A stretch of 63,966 bases of DNA, the filler included, from a bacterium (GTDB lineage Bacteria > JALSQH01), in assembly GCA_026985515.1 (NCBI GenBank). It is 7 parts of 7 records of this genome, joined end to end, with 100 filler letters (N's around TTAATTAATTAA, not from the genome) between each part and the next. Parts side by side here need not be neighbours in the genome. Positions count along the whole stretch, not along the records: positions 1 to 13,782 come from JALSQH010000103.1; positions 13,883 to 27,651 come from JALSQH010000104.1; 5 more parts are not named here. The stretch is one strand, 5' to 3'. The notes beneath the pieces were generated by a model. That model had not been told where the DNA came from. It made no database searches and saw nothing but the letters and a program-made list of their open reading frames with translations. The translations under genes were made by a program, and so were the position numbers. This document shows, piece after piece, positions 9,734-18,503 of the stretch (within the stretch, counting starts at the first letter, position 1; every line of letters begins with the position of its first letter).

Positions 9734-11110
9734 CTATTTATCCTTTTCCCTCCCATACTTATCCTCCACCCTTACTATATCATCCTCACCAAGGTAACTT
9801 CCCACCTGAACTTCAATTATTTCTGCTGGTTCATCAAAAGGGTTACTCAATCTATGGAGTTTCCCGACAGGTACAAAGGTACTTTCACCACTGGAGAGAA
9901 TCTTTTCAACGCCGTCAATTTCGGTTCTTACACGGCCAGTAACAACAATCCAGTGTTCGCTTCTTTTCCTGTGATACTGAAGACTGAGAGACTGGCCCGG
10001 CTTCACTCTTATTCTCTTAACCTTAAAACCTTCCCCCTCTTCCAGAACAGTGTAGCTTCCCCATGGTCTGTAAACCGTCTTATGCTCAATAACTTCCTGC
10101 TCCCCCTTCTGGAGAAGGATATCAACAATGTCTCTGACACGACTTGATTTTTTCAAAGAAGAAACAAAAAGGGCATCCCTTGTTTCAACCACAACTACAT
10201 TTTTTACATCCACTGCTACAATTTTTCTCTCTTTTCCAAAGATAAGGGAATTTTCCACAAGATCAACACTCACTTTACCTTTTATGACATTGCCATTTTT
10301 ATCCTTTTCAAAACTCTCATAAACGCCATACCATGACCCCAGTGAATGCCACATAACTTTACTTTTGAGCACTGCCCCTCTTCTGGTACGCTTCATTACA
10401 GCTTCCGGCAGGGAAAGATACGGCAGTTTTGTATAACTGGCAAGAAGAGTTCCACTATCAAAATCTGAGAATTTACTGATTTCCCTAATTTTTTTTATTT
10501 CTTCCAGAAAAATTGCCGGCGCAAAAATAAAAATCCCGGTATTCCACAATGCCCCATTCTTTATCAACCTCTGCGCATAACCGTAGGAGGGTTTTTCCAC
10601 AAATTTTTCTATGATATGGAAGTTATTTGAGATTTTCATGCCGGGGAGGGCGTAACCAAAAAAGGTTTCAGTGTATCTGGGCTTCACCCCAACAATCGAA
10701 ATATAGGAACTGGTGAAAGCAGATGCCATGTCCAGATCTTCATAAAGTTTCGAATATGAATCAATGAAGAGATCAGAAGGTGACACAATCACAGGCTCCC
10801 CCATATCAAGTCTGCCTTTTTCATAAAGGAGCCTTATTGCAAGTAAAACAGAAAAAAAAGAACCTCTTCCTTCTGGTTCAAGGATAACATCCACCTTCTT
10901 CTCACCAATTTCCTCCGCCACAAGGAATCTGTACTTTTCCTCTGTAATAATAAAAACATTCTCGGGGGAAAAATGATTCAGGTAACCCTCAAGAGTTAAT
11001 CTTAAAAGGGATTTTTCGTCGGAGAGTTTCAGAAAAGGTTTTGGAAAATCTCTTCTGGTCAATGGCCACAGTTTTCTGCCAAAACCACCTGCAAGCAGTA
11101 TTAACTTCAT
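9734..11110 (-). CDS. manC: Mannose-1-phosphate guanylyltransferase / mannose-6-phosphate isomerase (divergent transferase domain)
   Basis: LAGGxGxxLWPL, FVEKP, C-terminal cupin RPWG...SLQYH..RSEHW...EVQ.G.YLGEDDI. Confidence 0.85.
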   Translation of the reverse strand: MKLILLAGGFGRKLWPLTRRDFPKPFLKLSDEKSLLRLTLEGYLNHFSPENVFIITEEKYRFLVAEEIGEKKVDVILEPEGRGSFFSVLLAIRLLYEKGRLDMGEPVIVSPSDLFIDSYSKLYEDLDMASAFTSSYISIVGVKPRYTETFFGYALPGMKISNNFHIIEKFVEKPSYGYAQRLIKNGALWNTGIFIFAPAIFLEEIKKIREISKFSDFDSGTLLASYTKLPYLSLPEAVMKRTRRGAVLKSKVMWHSLGSWYGVYESFEKDKNGNVIKGKVSVDLVENSLIFGKERKIVAVDVKNVVVVETRDALFVSSLKKSSRVRDIVDILLQKGEQEVIEHKTVYRPWGSYTVLEEGEGFKVKRIRVKPGQSLSLQYHRKRSEHWIVVTGRVRTEIDGVEKILSSGESTFVPVGKLHRLSNPFDEPAEIIEVQVGSYLGEDDIVRVEDKYGREKDK

Positions 11111-11221
11111 GATTTTAAAAATTATAGCAGGATATAAGAAGGAAGCAAAAATGCTGAAGAGTTATTTTTGCAAACGAAATTTTTGAATGGCCATCTCCAC
11201 TCTGATAAAGTTATTAATGAA

Positions 11222-12526
11222 ATGGTGGAAAAAATTATAAAGCAACTCTCATCAACCAGACTGACCATATTCCTTTTCGTAATAGTGATCCTTCTACTCA
11301 TCCTTGGAGGAGTCATCCCCCAGAACTATCCTTCAGCCTACTATCACTATAATTTTGGCAAGTTTTCCATTATCCTTGAGATTCTTGGAATTACCCACAT
11401 ATTTTCTTCAAAAATGTTTCTGCTGGTAATGACTCTTTTTCTGCTCAATCTCCTCGCATGTCTTTACAGAAGAATTCCCCAGAAAATAAGAGTTCACAGA
11501 CAGAAGAAGATTCTCACACCCTCTCAGGTAAATCAATTAAGAATCAAAACCCACCTCCCTGAAGAATCTATTGAAGAAGTTATAAAAAAGTTTAAAGATA
11601 AAGGTTACAAAGTTGTCGTCCAGAAAGGTGATGCCTGGTTCCTGAGAAAGGGTTTATCAGGATGGTGGGGAGTTGAAGTTGTTCATCTGGGACTTCTGCT
11701 GATTTTTTTAGCAGGAATAATTACAGCAACCTGTTCAAAATCATACTTCTTCCAGATCCTTCCCGGTGAAAAGAAAGAGATCGAAAATAATCTCTTTATT
11801 AAACTTGTTGATTTCGAAATACCACTCTATCCCGATGGCACCCCGTCACAATATATAAGCACAATTGAGTTATTAAGGGGGAGACACCTGGTGGATAAAG
11901 CCACAATAAAGGTAAACTCCCCTCTTCGCTTCAAAGGATACTGGATTTACCAGTCCTCATATGGAATTGCCCCTTTTTCCATAAAATCTGCCAGGCTTAA
12001 ATTTTATATGGAAGGAGTAACAGAGGTCGTCACTGTTCCCTTCCGGAAGAATGTAAGTTTAATACTCAAAAATGGTTATCCTCTGGAAATTTCCTGCCCG
12101 GTTTTTATACCGGATTTTGAGTTTGACATTCAGACACAGAGGGTACTTACACGCTCCCTCGAGCATAATAATCCAGCACTGCTCTGCAAATTCTCACTTT
12201 CCGGGAGGAAAATAATCAGATGGCTATTTCTGAACTTTCCTCAATTCTCGCACAGTAATGAACACTTCAAAGTTGAACTCCTCTCTTACACACCCGTATA
12301 CTTCTCAGGTATAGAAGTAAACAGAGATCCTGGAGATACCCTTTTTATTATGGGTGGAATTCTTATATTTTCCGGCCTTCTCATTATTCTCTACTTCCCC
12401 TTTCAGAGAATATGGATTGTAAAAACGGAAAATGGGTTTGTTGCGGGGGGAATATCTTACAGAGGTGAGAGAAAGTTAAAAAAAGAGTTTGAAGAAATAT
12501 CGGGAGAAAAAAATGAAATGGTGTGA
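11222..12526 (+). CDS. resB: Cytochrome c biogenesis protein, ResB/Ccs1 family (system II)
   Basis: GGVIPQ, NLLAC, VHLGLL, VNSPL...YQSSY, RDPG. Start placed at ATG 11222; the ORF-track TTG lies in the promoter region. Confidence 0.85.
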   Translation: MVEKIIKQLSSTRLTIFLFVIVILLLILGGVIPQNYPSAYYHYNFGKFSIILEILGITHIFSSKMFLLVMTLFLLNLLACLYRRIPQKIRVHRQKKILTPSQVNQLRIKTHLPEESIEEVIKKFKDKGYKVVVQKGDAWFLRKGLSGWWGVEVVHLGLLLIFLAGIITATCSKSYFFQILPGEKKEIENNLFIKLVDFEIPLYPDGTPSQYISTIELLRGRHLVDKATIKVNSPLRFKGYWIYQSSYGIAPFSIKSARLKFYMEGVTEVVTVPFRKNVSLILKNGYPLEISCPVFIPDFEFDIQTQRVLTRSLEHNNPALLCKFSLSGRKIIRWLFLNFPQFSHSNEHFKVELLSYTPVYFSGIEVNRDPGDTLFIMGGILIFSGLLIILYFPFQRIWIVKTENGFVAGGISYRGERKLKKEFEEISGEKNEMV

Positions 12527-13280
12527 ATTATTACTGGAAATATCCCTCATTCTCTCAATTGCACTTACCTTTCTTCCCCTCGTATATAGAGGAAATGCTC
12601 TGAAATTGCTTGAAATACTCCTCTCTATTTCACTTTTTTCTGCAATAGTGGCAAGAGGATTCGAGGTAAAACGGTTTCCCGTCGTTAATCTTTACGAATC
12701 ATTAATCTTTCTCGCATGGGGTTTATCTCTGGTGACCATAATTTTCAGCAAAAATTTTCTTGAAATAGAACACATTCTCTTGAATTTACTCATTTTCATT
12801 ATAATTGGTGTTTCGACTCTCCTCCCGCCATGGGAAAAAGCACCTCACTACCTCATTCCAGCCCTCAAAAGTTACTGGCTCTACTTTCATGTTACAACAA
12901 GTTTCCTAAGTTACAGTGGCTTTTTCGCAGCCGCAATACTGGGCTTTCTGTATCTCATTACAGAGAGAAAGGAAAGAAAAAAATTGTTTGATAAACTTTC
13001 CTACCAGATCACCTCAATCTCCTTTCTCCTTCTCTCCACAGGTATACTCACAGGGGCAGTGTGGGCCCATTATGCATGGGGAAGATACTGGAGCTGGGAT
13101 CCGAAAGAAACATGGTCACTGATAACATGGATAATTTATGCAGGCTATCTGCATGCAAGAATTACAAGGGGATGGGGTGGTAAAAAAAGCGCCATATGGC
13201 TTCTGGCTGGATTCCTTGCGACACTATTTACATTTCTTGGAGTTAACTACCTTCTTCCAGGGCTTCACTCATATCTGTAA
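12513..13280 (+). CDS. ccsA: Cytochrome c biogenesis protein CcsA/ResC
   Basis: WWD motif WAHYAWGRYWSWDPKETWS; C-terminal GLHSY. Confidence 0.93.
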   Translation: MKWCELLLEISLILSIALTFLPLVYRGNALKLLEILLSISLFSAIVARGFEVKRFPVVNLYESLIFLAWGLSLVTIIFSKNFLEIEHILLNLLIFIIIGVSTLLPPWEKAPHYLIPALKSYWLYFHVTTSFLSYSGFFAAAILGFLYLITERKERKKLFDKLSYQITSISFLLLSTGILTGAVWAHYAWGRYWSWDPKETWSLITWIIYAGYLHARITRGWGGKKSAIWLLAGFLATLFTFLGVNYLLPGLHSYL

Positions 13281-13283
13281 AAT

Positions 13284-13313
13284 AAAAAAACTGGTCCCAC
13301 CACCGGGACCAGT
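13284..13313 (-). terminator. Rho-independent terminator on the minus strand
   Basis: 9-bp stem ACTGGTCCC/GGGACCAGT with a 6-nt loop, followed by a T-tract on the minus strand. Confidence 0.85.
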
Positions 13314-13352
13314 GAAGGGAGAGAGTTAGGGGAGTTGGGACCTATGGGTAGC
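13284..13352 (-). ncRNA. Candidate small RNA of about 70 nt, C/U-rich
   Basis: Lies between a promoter-like motif (13363-13378) and a strong terminator; no ORF; contains CAACTCCCCTAACTCTCTCCCTTC. Confidence 0.45.
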
Positions 13353-13362
13353 GCTTTTCTTT

Positions 13363-13396
13363 TACAATGATCATACCAAAATGTAAGTAATTGATT
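13363..13396 (-). promoter_or_regulatory. sigma54-like (or extended -10) promoter with an IHF site
   Basis: TGGTATGATCATTGTA is GG-N10-GT and also reads as TGnTATGAT; AATCAATTACTTA (13384-13396) fits the IHF consensus WATCAANNNNTTR. Confidence 0.5.
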
Positions 13397-13435
13397 TTAC
13401 ATAATAGAACCATTCATCTTCATTCTATTTTGAGC

Positions 13436-13461
13436 ATTTCATCAAATATGGTTGATGAAAT
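13436..13461. repeat. Perfect 10-bp inverted repeat (activator site or terminator)
   Basis: ATTTCATCAA-ATATGG-TTGATGAAAT just past the acylase stop codon. Confidence 0.6.
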
Positions 13462-13463
13462 CA

Positions 13464-13782
13464 TTAATTACCCGGGCTGTATACCGCCACTTTCAGGGCA
13501 TTTTTTTCCACTTCATCAGGATAAAAGGGCATCTCCCTGTATTCATTGTGCAACCAGAGCGGCATCTGATCAAACCTCTCATCATTCTCATAATACCCTG
13601 AGTTAAAACCTGGAAGAACATTTTCAGCCCTTACCCTTCCCTTCTTCAACTCCACTACAAATCTCATGGCAGGTCCATGGGTCTGGAGGAAATTCTCACC
13701 GCCCGCAGGTGTATCCCCAACATCCACGGTAAAATCTCCTCCATCATTTGGATATGGTCCTCTCGTTTTGAAAATAAATGGA
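13464..13782 (-). CDS. C-terminal fragment of a penicillin acylase (Ntn hydrolase) family protein
   Basis: GPAMRFVVEL, LPGxNSG and DQMPLW motifs; cut by the contig join. Confidence 0.75.
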
Positions 13783-13882
13783 NNNNNNNNNNNNNNNNNN
13801 NNNNNNNNNNNNNNNNNNNNNNNNNNTTAATTAATTAANNNNNNNNNNNNNNNNNNNNNNNNNNNNNNNNNNNNNNNNNNNN
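13783..13882. other. Artificial contig-join spacer
   Basis: N44-TTAATTAATTAA-N44; gives stops in all six frames. Confidence 0.97.
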
Positions 13883-13967
13883 TGCTTGGATGATGTCTCA
13901 TTCCTCCCTTACACTCACACCTTAAATATGTTAAAATAAAAAGAAAAAGGAGGTGCACTGGTAAAAG

Positions 13968-14942
13968 ATGAAAGGAGTGAAAGTTTCTGCGGAACTTACC
14001 ATCAATGACCCTGAAATATTCAGGGAGATTTGTGGCTTCAGAAATGAAAATTTGAAGTATCTTGAGGAAACCCTCTCAGTGACTGTTGGTGCCAGGGGTA
14101 ACAAGTTTCTCATCCAGGGCGCAGAGGAAGAGGTAAGTGTGGCATTCAAGACCTTGAAAGATATGGAAAGAATGATAAAAAGAGGCCTGCATCCCAGTAT
14201 AAACGATTTCCACAACTCCATTAAGATTTACTCTGAGCATCTTGATCTGACCTTTGAAGAAGCCTTTGTGGAAACAATTCTTGTAACCTTCAAGAATAAA
14301 AAAATCACACCACGCAGTATCAATCAGAAAAGGTATGTTGACGCAATAAGGGACAACGATATAGTCTTTGGTATTGGACCTGCTGGTACGGGGAAAACTT
14401 ACCTTGCCATGGCAATGGCTGTATCATCTCTCCTGCAGAGGAAGGTAAACAGGATAATACTGACCAGACCTGCTGTTGAGGCCGGGGAGAAACTGGGTTT
14501 TCTCCCCGGGGATCTTGCAGAAAAGGTTAACCCTTATCTCAGGCCCCTCTATGATGCACTCTACGATATGCTTCCTTTTGACAGAGTAGAGGAACTCCTT
14601 GCCAGAAATGTTATAGAAATCGCGCCTCTTGCCTTTATGAGGGGAAGAACGCTGAATGACGCATTTATAATACTGGACGAGGCACAGAATGCAACGAGGG
14701 AACAGATGAAGATGTTTTTAACGAGACTGGGGGTGGATTCCAAGGCTGTTGTTACAGGTGATATTACACAGATTGACCTTCCGAAGAAGAGTGAGTCAGG
14801 GCTTGTGGAGGCTCTCACGGTTCTCAAAGAAATTGAAGGTATTGAATTTGTCTTTTTTGACAAAACAGATGTTGTGAGACATAATTTAGTACAGAAGATC
14901 ATTGAGGCATATGACAAGTATGAGGAGCAGGTTAAGAAGTAG
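13968..14942 (+). CDS. phoH: PhoH family ATPase
   Basis: GPAGTGKT, RPAVEAGEKLGFLPG, RGRTL, DEAQN. Confidence 0.95.
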   Translation: MKGVKVSAELTINDPEIFREICGFRNENLKYLEETLSVTVGARGNKFLIQGAEEEVSVAFKTLKDMERMIKRGLHPSINDFHNSIKIYSEHLDLTFEEAFVETILVTFKNKKITPRSINQKRYVDAIRDNDIVFGIGPAGTGKTYLAMAMAVSSLLQRKVNRIILTRPAVEAGEKLGFLPGDLAEKVNPYLRPLYDALYDMLPFDRVEELLARNVIEIAPLAFMRGRTLNDAFIILDEAQNATREQMKMFLTRLGVDSKAVVTGDITQIDLPKKSESGLVEALTVLKEIEGIEFVFFDKTDVVRHNLVQKIIEAYDKYEEQVKK

Positions 14943-17240
14943 ATGTCAACACTCAGAGAAAAGAAAATCAAAGAGCTGACTCCTTCAAAGAAGAAGAATC
15001 CCCTGAAACGCAGATATCTGACTTCAAAAAATCTCATACTGGTGGGGGTTGCTCTCGTAACAGCTCTGATAATGACTCCCAGCCTCTATGAAAGGAAAGT
15101 ACATTACAAAGTTGGAGATATAGCAAGGAAAGATATTAAGGCTCCCTATGATCTCACTATTCCTGACAGAGCAGCCACACAGAAAAGGATAACAGAAGCA
15201 CTGAACAGCGCACTTCCCCTCTTTGACTATGATCCTGAGCAGGGGAGGGAACTATCCGAAAAGATCTCTGCCGCCTTTTCTCAGGGAAAAGGAGAAAAGC
15301 TCTCCCCGCAGGAAAGGTTTGAAAAAATAGCAGCATTTCTTGGGGTGAAAGTTTCTCCGGAGATTAAAAATTATGTAAAGAGCGACAATGATCTTCTTCA
15401 AATTGAGTTAAAGTTGAAGAAGCTCGTCACAGAAGTATACAGGCACATGATAGTGGAAGATAAGGAGAGGATCCTCAAAACCTACAAAAATGGGATTCAG
15501 TTGAGGATCCTGGGGAAAAATGGGGTTGTTTCAGTTAAAAACATAGAGAGGGACGCTCTGGAAAAGTCAGTTGATATAAAAAACATCAAAGCCTTTCTGG
15601 ATAAACTTGCCAGAAAGTTGCTTCCAGAAACGCCGCAGGGACTGAGAAAAATCCTTGTGGAGATTGTTTCCCAGCTGATCTCACCCAATGTTACCTTTAA
15701 CAAACAGGCAACAAACGAGAAACTTGAAAAGATTAAGAAGGGTGTCAAGACAGTTTTCTACAAGGTAAAAAAGGGAGAGGTGATAGTAAGGGAAGGTGAA
15801 AGAATAAATAGAGAGCAGCTACTCATCATAAATTACTTCAACAAAAATAGGAGCAGAGCGAGGGGCTGGCTTTACTTTCTCAGTATTTTCTTTGTGGATC
15901 TCATTCTTCTCATAGTGCTCTACACCTTTTTTAAAATTGTCAGGGCGCATCGTGTCAGGGTGAGAAACAAGGATCTGCTCTTTCTTGCCACAGTTATTGT
16001 AATTTCTCTCCTCGGCATAAAACTTGGAGAAGTCATTGCAGGTGCGGTACATGAAGCGGTCCCTGATATTCCCTCAAGAGCTGTTCTTTTCTCAATTCCC
16101 CTTGCAGCTGCCACCATGGTTGTAAGGCTTACTCTGGGATCACTTATATCTTTCCTTGTTCTGATCTATCTGGCAATTAACGGTGGATTCATTGTGAATC
16201 AGGATCTCATATTTCTGGTGTACTTTTTCGTAACGGGACTGATGGGGATCTACGGGACCCACATTTACAACAGCAGAAAAGAGATTATGCGCTCTGGATT
16301 TAACATAGGCCTGCTGGCAGCTGTTTTCTCCATTGTGGCCAATCTGTTTCATCCTGATATTCTCACCTTTGGCGAATCTATCGTTTTTGCGATTTTCTCA
16401 GGAATTCTATCTGCTATTTTAACCCTTGGATTAATTCCACTTTTTGAATATCTTTTTGGCTATGTTACTCCCCTTACTCTTTTAGAACTGGCAAATATTG
16501 AACATCCCCTGTTAAAAGAGATGCTTTTTAAAGCACAGGGCTCGTATCACCACAGCCTCATTGTGGGAAATCTTGCGGAAGTAGCGGCTGAGTCAATCGG
16601 TGCAAATCCCCTTCTTGCCAAAGTGCAGGCATACTTTCATGATGTAGGAAAGATCCTGAAACCAGAGTATTTTATCGAAAATCAGGCTGGAGGAGTGAAT
16701 CCTCATGACAATCTGAACCCCTACATGAGTGCAAAAATAATTATTTCCCATGTGAAAGATGGTGTCCTTCTTGCAAAGCAGTACAATCTTCCACAGGTTA
16801 TTATTGATGCAATACAGCAGCATCACGGGACAAGCCTCATAAAATATTTTTATGAAAAAGCAAAAGAGACAGCTGAAGATCCAGAAAGAGTTGATGAAAA
16901 TGATTTCAGATACCCTGGACCCAAGCCACAAACCAAAGAAATTGGCATAATAATGCTTGCAGACGCTGTTGAAGCAGCTTCAAGGACACTGGTTGATCCA
17001 AGTCTTGGAAGAGTCCAGTATCTGATAGATAAAATCGTCAACCGCATAATTGAAGATGGTCAGCTCGACGAAACTGATCTCACCTTCAGAGACATAAAGA
17101 AAATAAAGGAAAGCTTCCTGAGGGTACTCTCTGGAGCATTTCATCACAGAATAGATTATCCCGGCGTGGAATTGAATAAACCTGTTGAAACATCTGAAAA
17201 TGGTAAAGACAGAGGTAGTAAATCAGCAGAAACGCATTGA
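14943..17240 (+). CDS. 7TM-HDIG phosphohydrolase (PgpH-like cyclic-di-AMP phosphodiesterase family)
   Basis: Extracellular domain, 7 TM segments, GSYHHS...YFHDVGK...QHHGT...MLADAVEAA. Confidence 0.88.
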   Translation: MSTLREKKIKELTPSKKKNPLKRRYLTSKNLILVGVALVTALIMTPSLYERKVHYKVGDIARKDIKAPYDLTIPDRAATQKRITEALNSALPLFDYDPEQGRELSEKISAAFSQGKGEKLSPQERFEKIAAFLGVKVSPEIKNYVKSDNDLLQIELKLKKLVTEVYRHMIVEDKERILKTYKNGIQLRILGKNGVVSVKNIERDALEKSVDIKNIKAFLDKLARKLLPETPQGLRKILVEIVSQLISPNVTFNKQATNEKLEKIKKGVKTVFYKVKKGEVIVREGERINREQLLIINYFNKNRSRARGWLYFLSIFFVDLILLIVLYTFFKIVRAHRVRVRNKDLLFLATVIVISLLGIKLGEVIAGAVHEAVPDIPSRAVLFSIPLAAATMVVRLTLGSLISFLVLIYLAINGGFIVNQDLIFLVYFFVTGLMGIYGTHIYNSRKEIMRSGFNIGLLAAVFSIVANLFHPDILTFGESIVFAIFSGILSAILTLGLIPLFEYLFGYVTPLTLLELANIEHPLLKEMLFKAQGSYHHSLIVGNLAEVAAESIGANPLLAKVQAYFHDVGKILKPEYFIENQAGGVNPHDNLNPYMSAKIIISHVKDGVLLAKQYNLPQVIIDAIQQHHGTSLIKYFYEKAKETAEDPERVDENDFRYPGPKPQTKEIGIIMLADAVEAASRTLVDPSLGRVQYLIDKIVNRIIEDGQLDETDLTFRDIKKIKESFLRVLSGAFHHRIDYPGVELNKPVETSENGKDRGSKSAETH

Positions 17241-17664
17241 AATACCCGAAGAAGAGGTAAAAGAACTGGTCAGGATGATCAGTGAAGAGGAGGGCTACGG
17301 AGAGGGAGAGTTTGTGATAACTTTTCTGGACAGTAACTCCATCACTCGCTTGAATAGAGAATACCTCAACCGGGATGGTGATACAAATGTGATCACTTTT
17401 TCTTATGTGAAGGATTTCAATCCTGAAATTGACCCTGTCATTGCAGAGATTTTCATAAACACTGACAGAGTCCTGAGTGAAGCCAGAGAAGCGGGGATGG
17501 AACCAATTGAGAGATTCTGGGAACTTCTTATTCATGGAATCCTTCACGGATTCGATTATGAGCATGAAGGAGTCCCGGAAAAAGTGGCAAAGATAATGGA
17601 AGAAAAGGAGGAATACTACAGGGAAAAATGGAAGAAGAAAGTAAACGGAATGAAGAAAGGGTAA
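17200..17664 (+). CDS. ybeY: rRNA maturation endoribonuclease YbeY
   Basis: LNREY...TNVITF and HGILHGFDYEH metal motif; phoH-HDIG-ybeY-corC context. Confidence 0.88.
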   Translation: MVKTEVVNQQKRIEIPEEEVKELVRMISEEEGYGEGEFVITFLDSNSITRLNREYLNRDGDTNVITFSYVKDFNPEIDPVIAEIFINTDRVLSEAREAGMEPIERFWELLIHGILHGFDYEHEGVPEKVAKIMEEKEEYYREKWKKKVNGMKKG

Positions 17665-18503
17665 AAATACCCTGGTGGTTGAGGAGAACTTCACTCTTCA
17701 AGGACGAATTCTTCAAAAATCTTATTCAACTTTACTACGCAAACAGGGATAAATGGAAAGAGCAGGAACAGGAATTTTCTGACATTGTTTCACGCATACT
17801 TCTCCTTTATCTGGAAGAGGAAACTGTGGGAGATGTTCTGATAAGCTGGGGAGAGGTAAAATACCTTTCAACGGAAACCACCCTTGAGGAAGTGGAGGAG
17901 CTGGTAAAGAAAACCAAACACTCCAGATATCCTGTTCTTGACATTGAGAAGGGAGAAGTGGTTGGACTTCTTCATGTGAAGGATCTCATAACGAAATCTG
18001 ATCAGATCAGAGAAAAGGGCTGGCTCTCGATTCTCAGACCAGCTCACTTCATTCCTGAGGATATAGGTATATTTAACGCTCTGAAAAAAATGCAGGATCA
18101 GAAATCACACATGCTCATAGTCATAAATTCCGCAACTGAGGGTCTTGAGGGTATTATAACGATGGAAGATATTCTTGAACAGATCATTGGAGATATAACC
18201 GACGAATTTGATCAGGAGAGGGAGAGAAAAAAATATATAATGAGAGTTGAGGGGAGCTCCATAATCGTGAGGGGAGATACTCCCATAAGGGTACTGAGGG
18301 AAAAACTTGGCATAGAAGTTGACGAGGAACTTGAGGAAAAAGTTGACTCGGTGGCTGGATTGATCATTGCGGAAAATGGATTCATCATACCTGATGTAGG
18401 GACTACTGTGAAATACAACGGATGGGAATTTCAGGTTGTAAAATCTGATGCTTCAAAAATTGAACAGGTCAGGTTAAGACCTATTCCAGGTAAAGAAAGC
18501 TAA
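17628..18503 (+). CDS. corC: CBS + CorC/HlyC transporter-associated domain protein
   Basis: HSRYPV, GLLHVKDL, GIITMEDILEQIIGDITDEFD. Confidence 0.85.
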   Translation: MEEESKRNEERVKIPWWLRRTSLFKDEFFKNLIQLYYANRDKWKEQEQEFSDIVSRILLLYLEEETVGDVLISWGEVKYLSTETTLEEVEELVKKTKHSRYPVLDIEKGEVVGLLHVKDLITKSDQIREKGWLSILRPAHFIPEDIGIFNALKKMQDQKSHMLIVINSATEGLEGIITMEDILEQIIGDITDEFDQERERKKYIMRVEGSSIIVRGDTPIRVLREKLGIEVDEELEEKVDSVAGLIIAENGFIIPDVGTTVKYNGWEFQVVKSDASKIEQVRLRPIPGKES

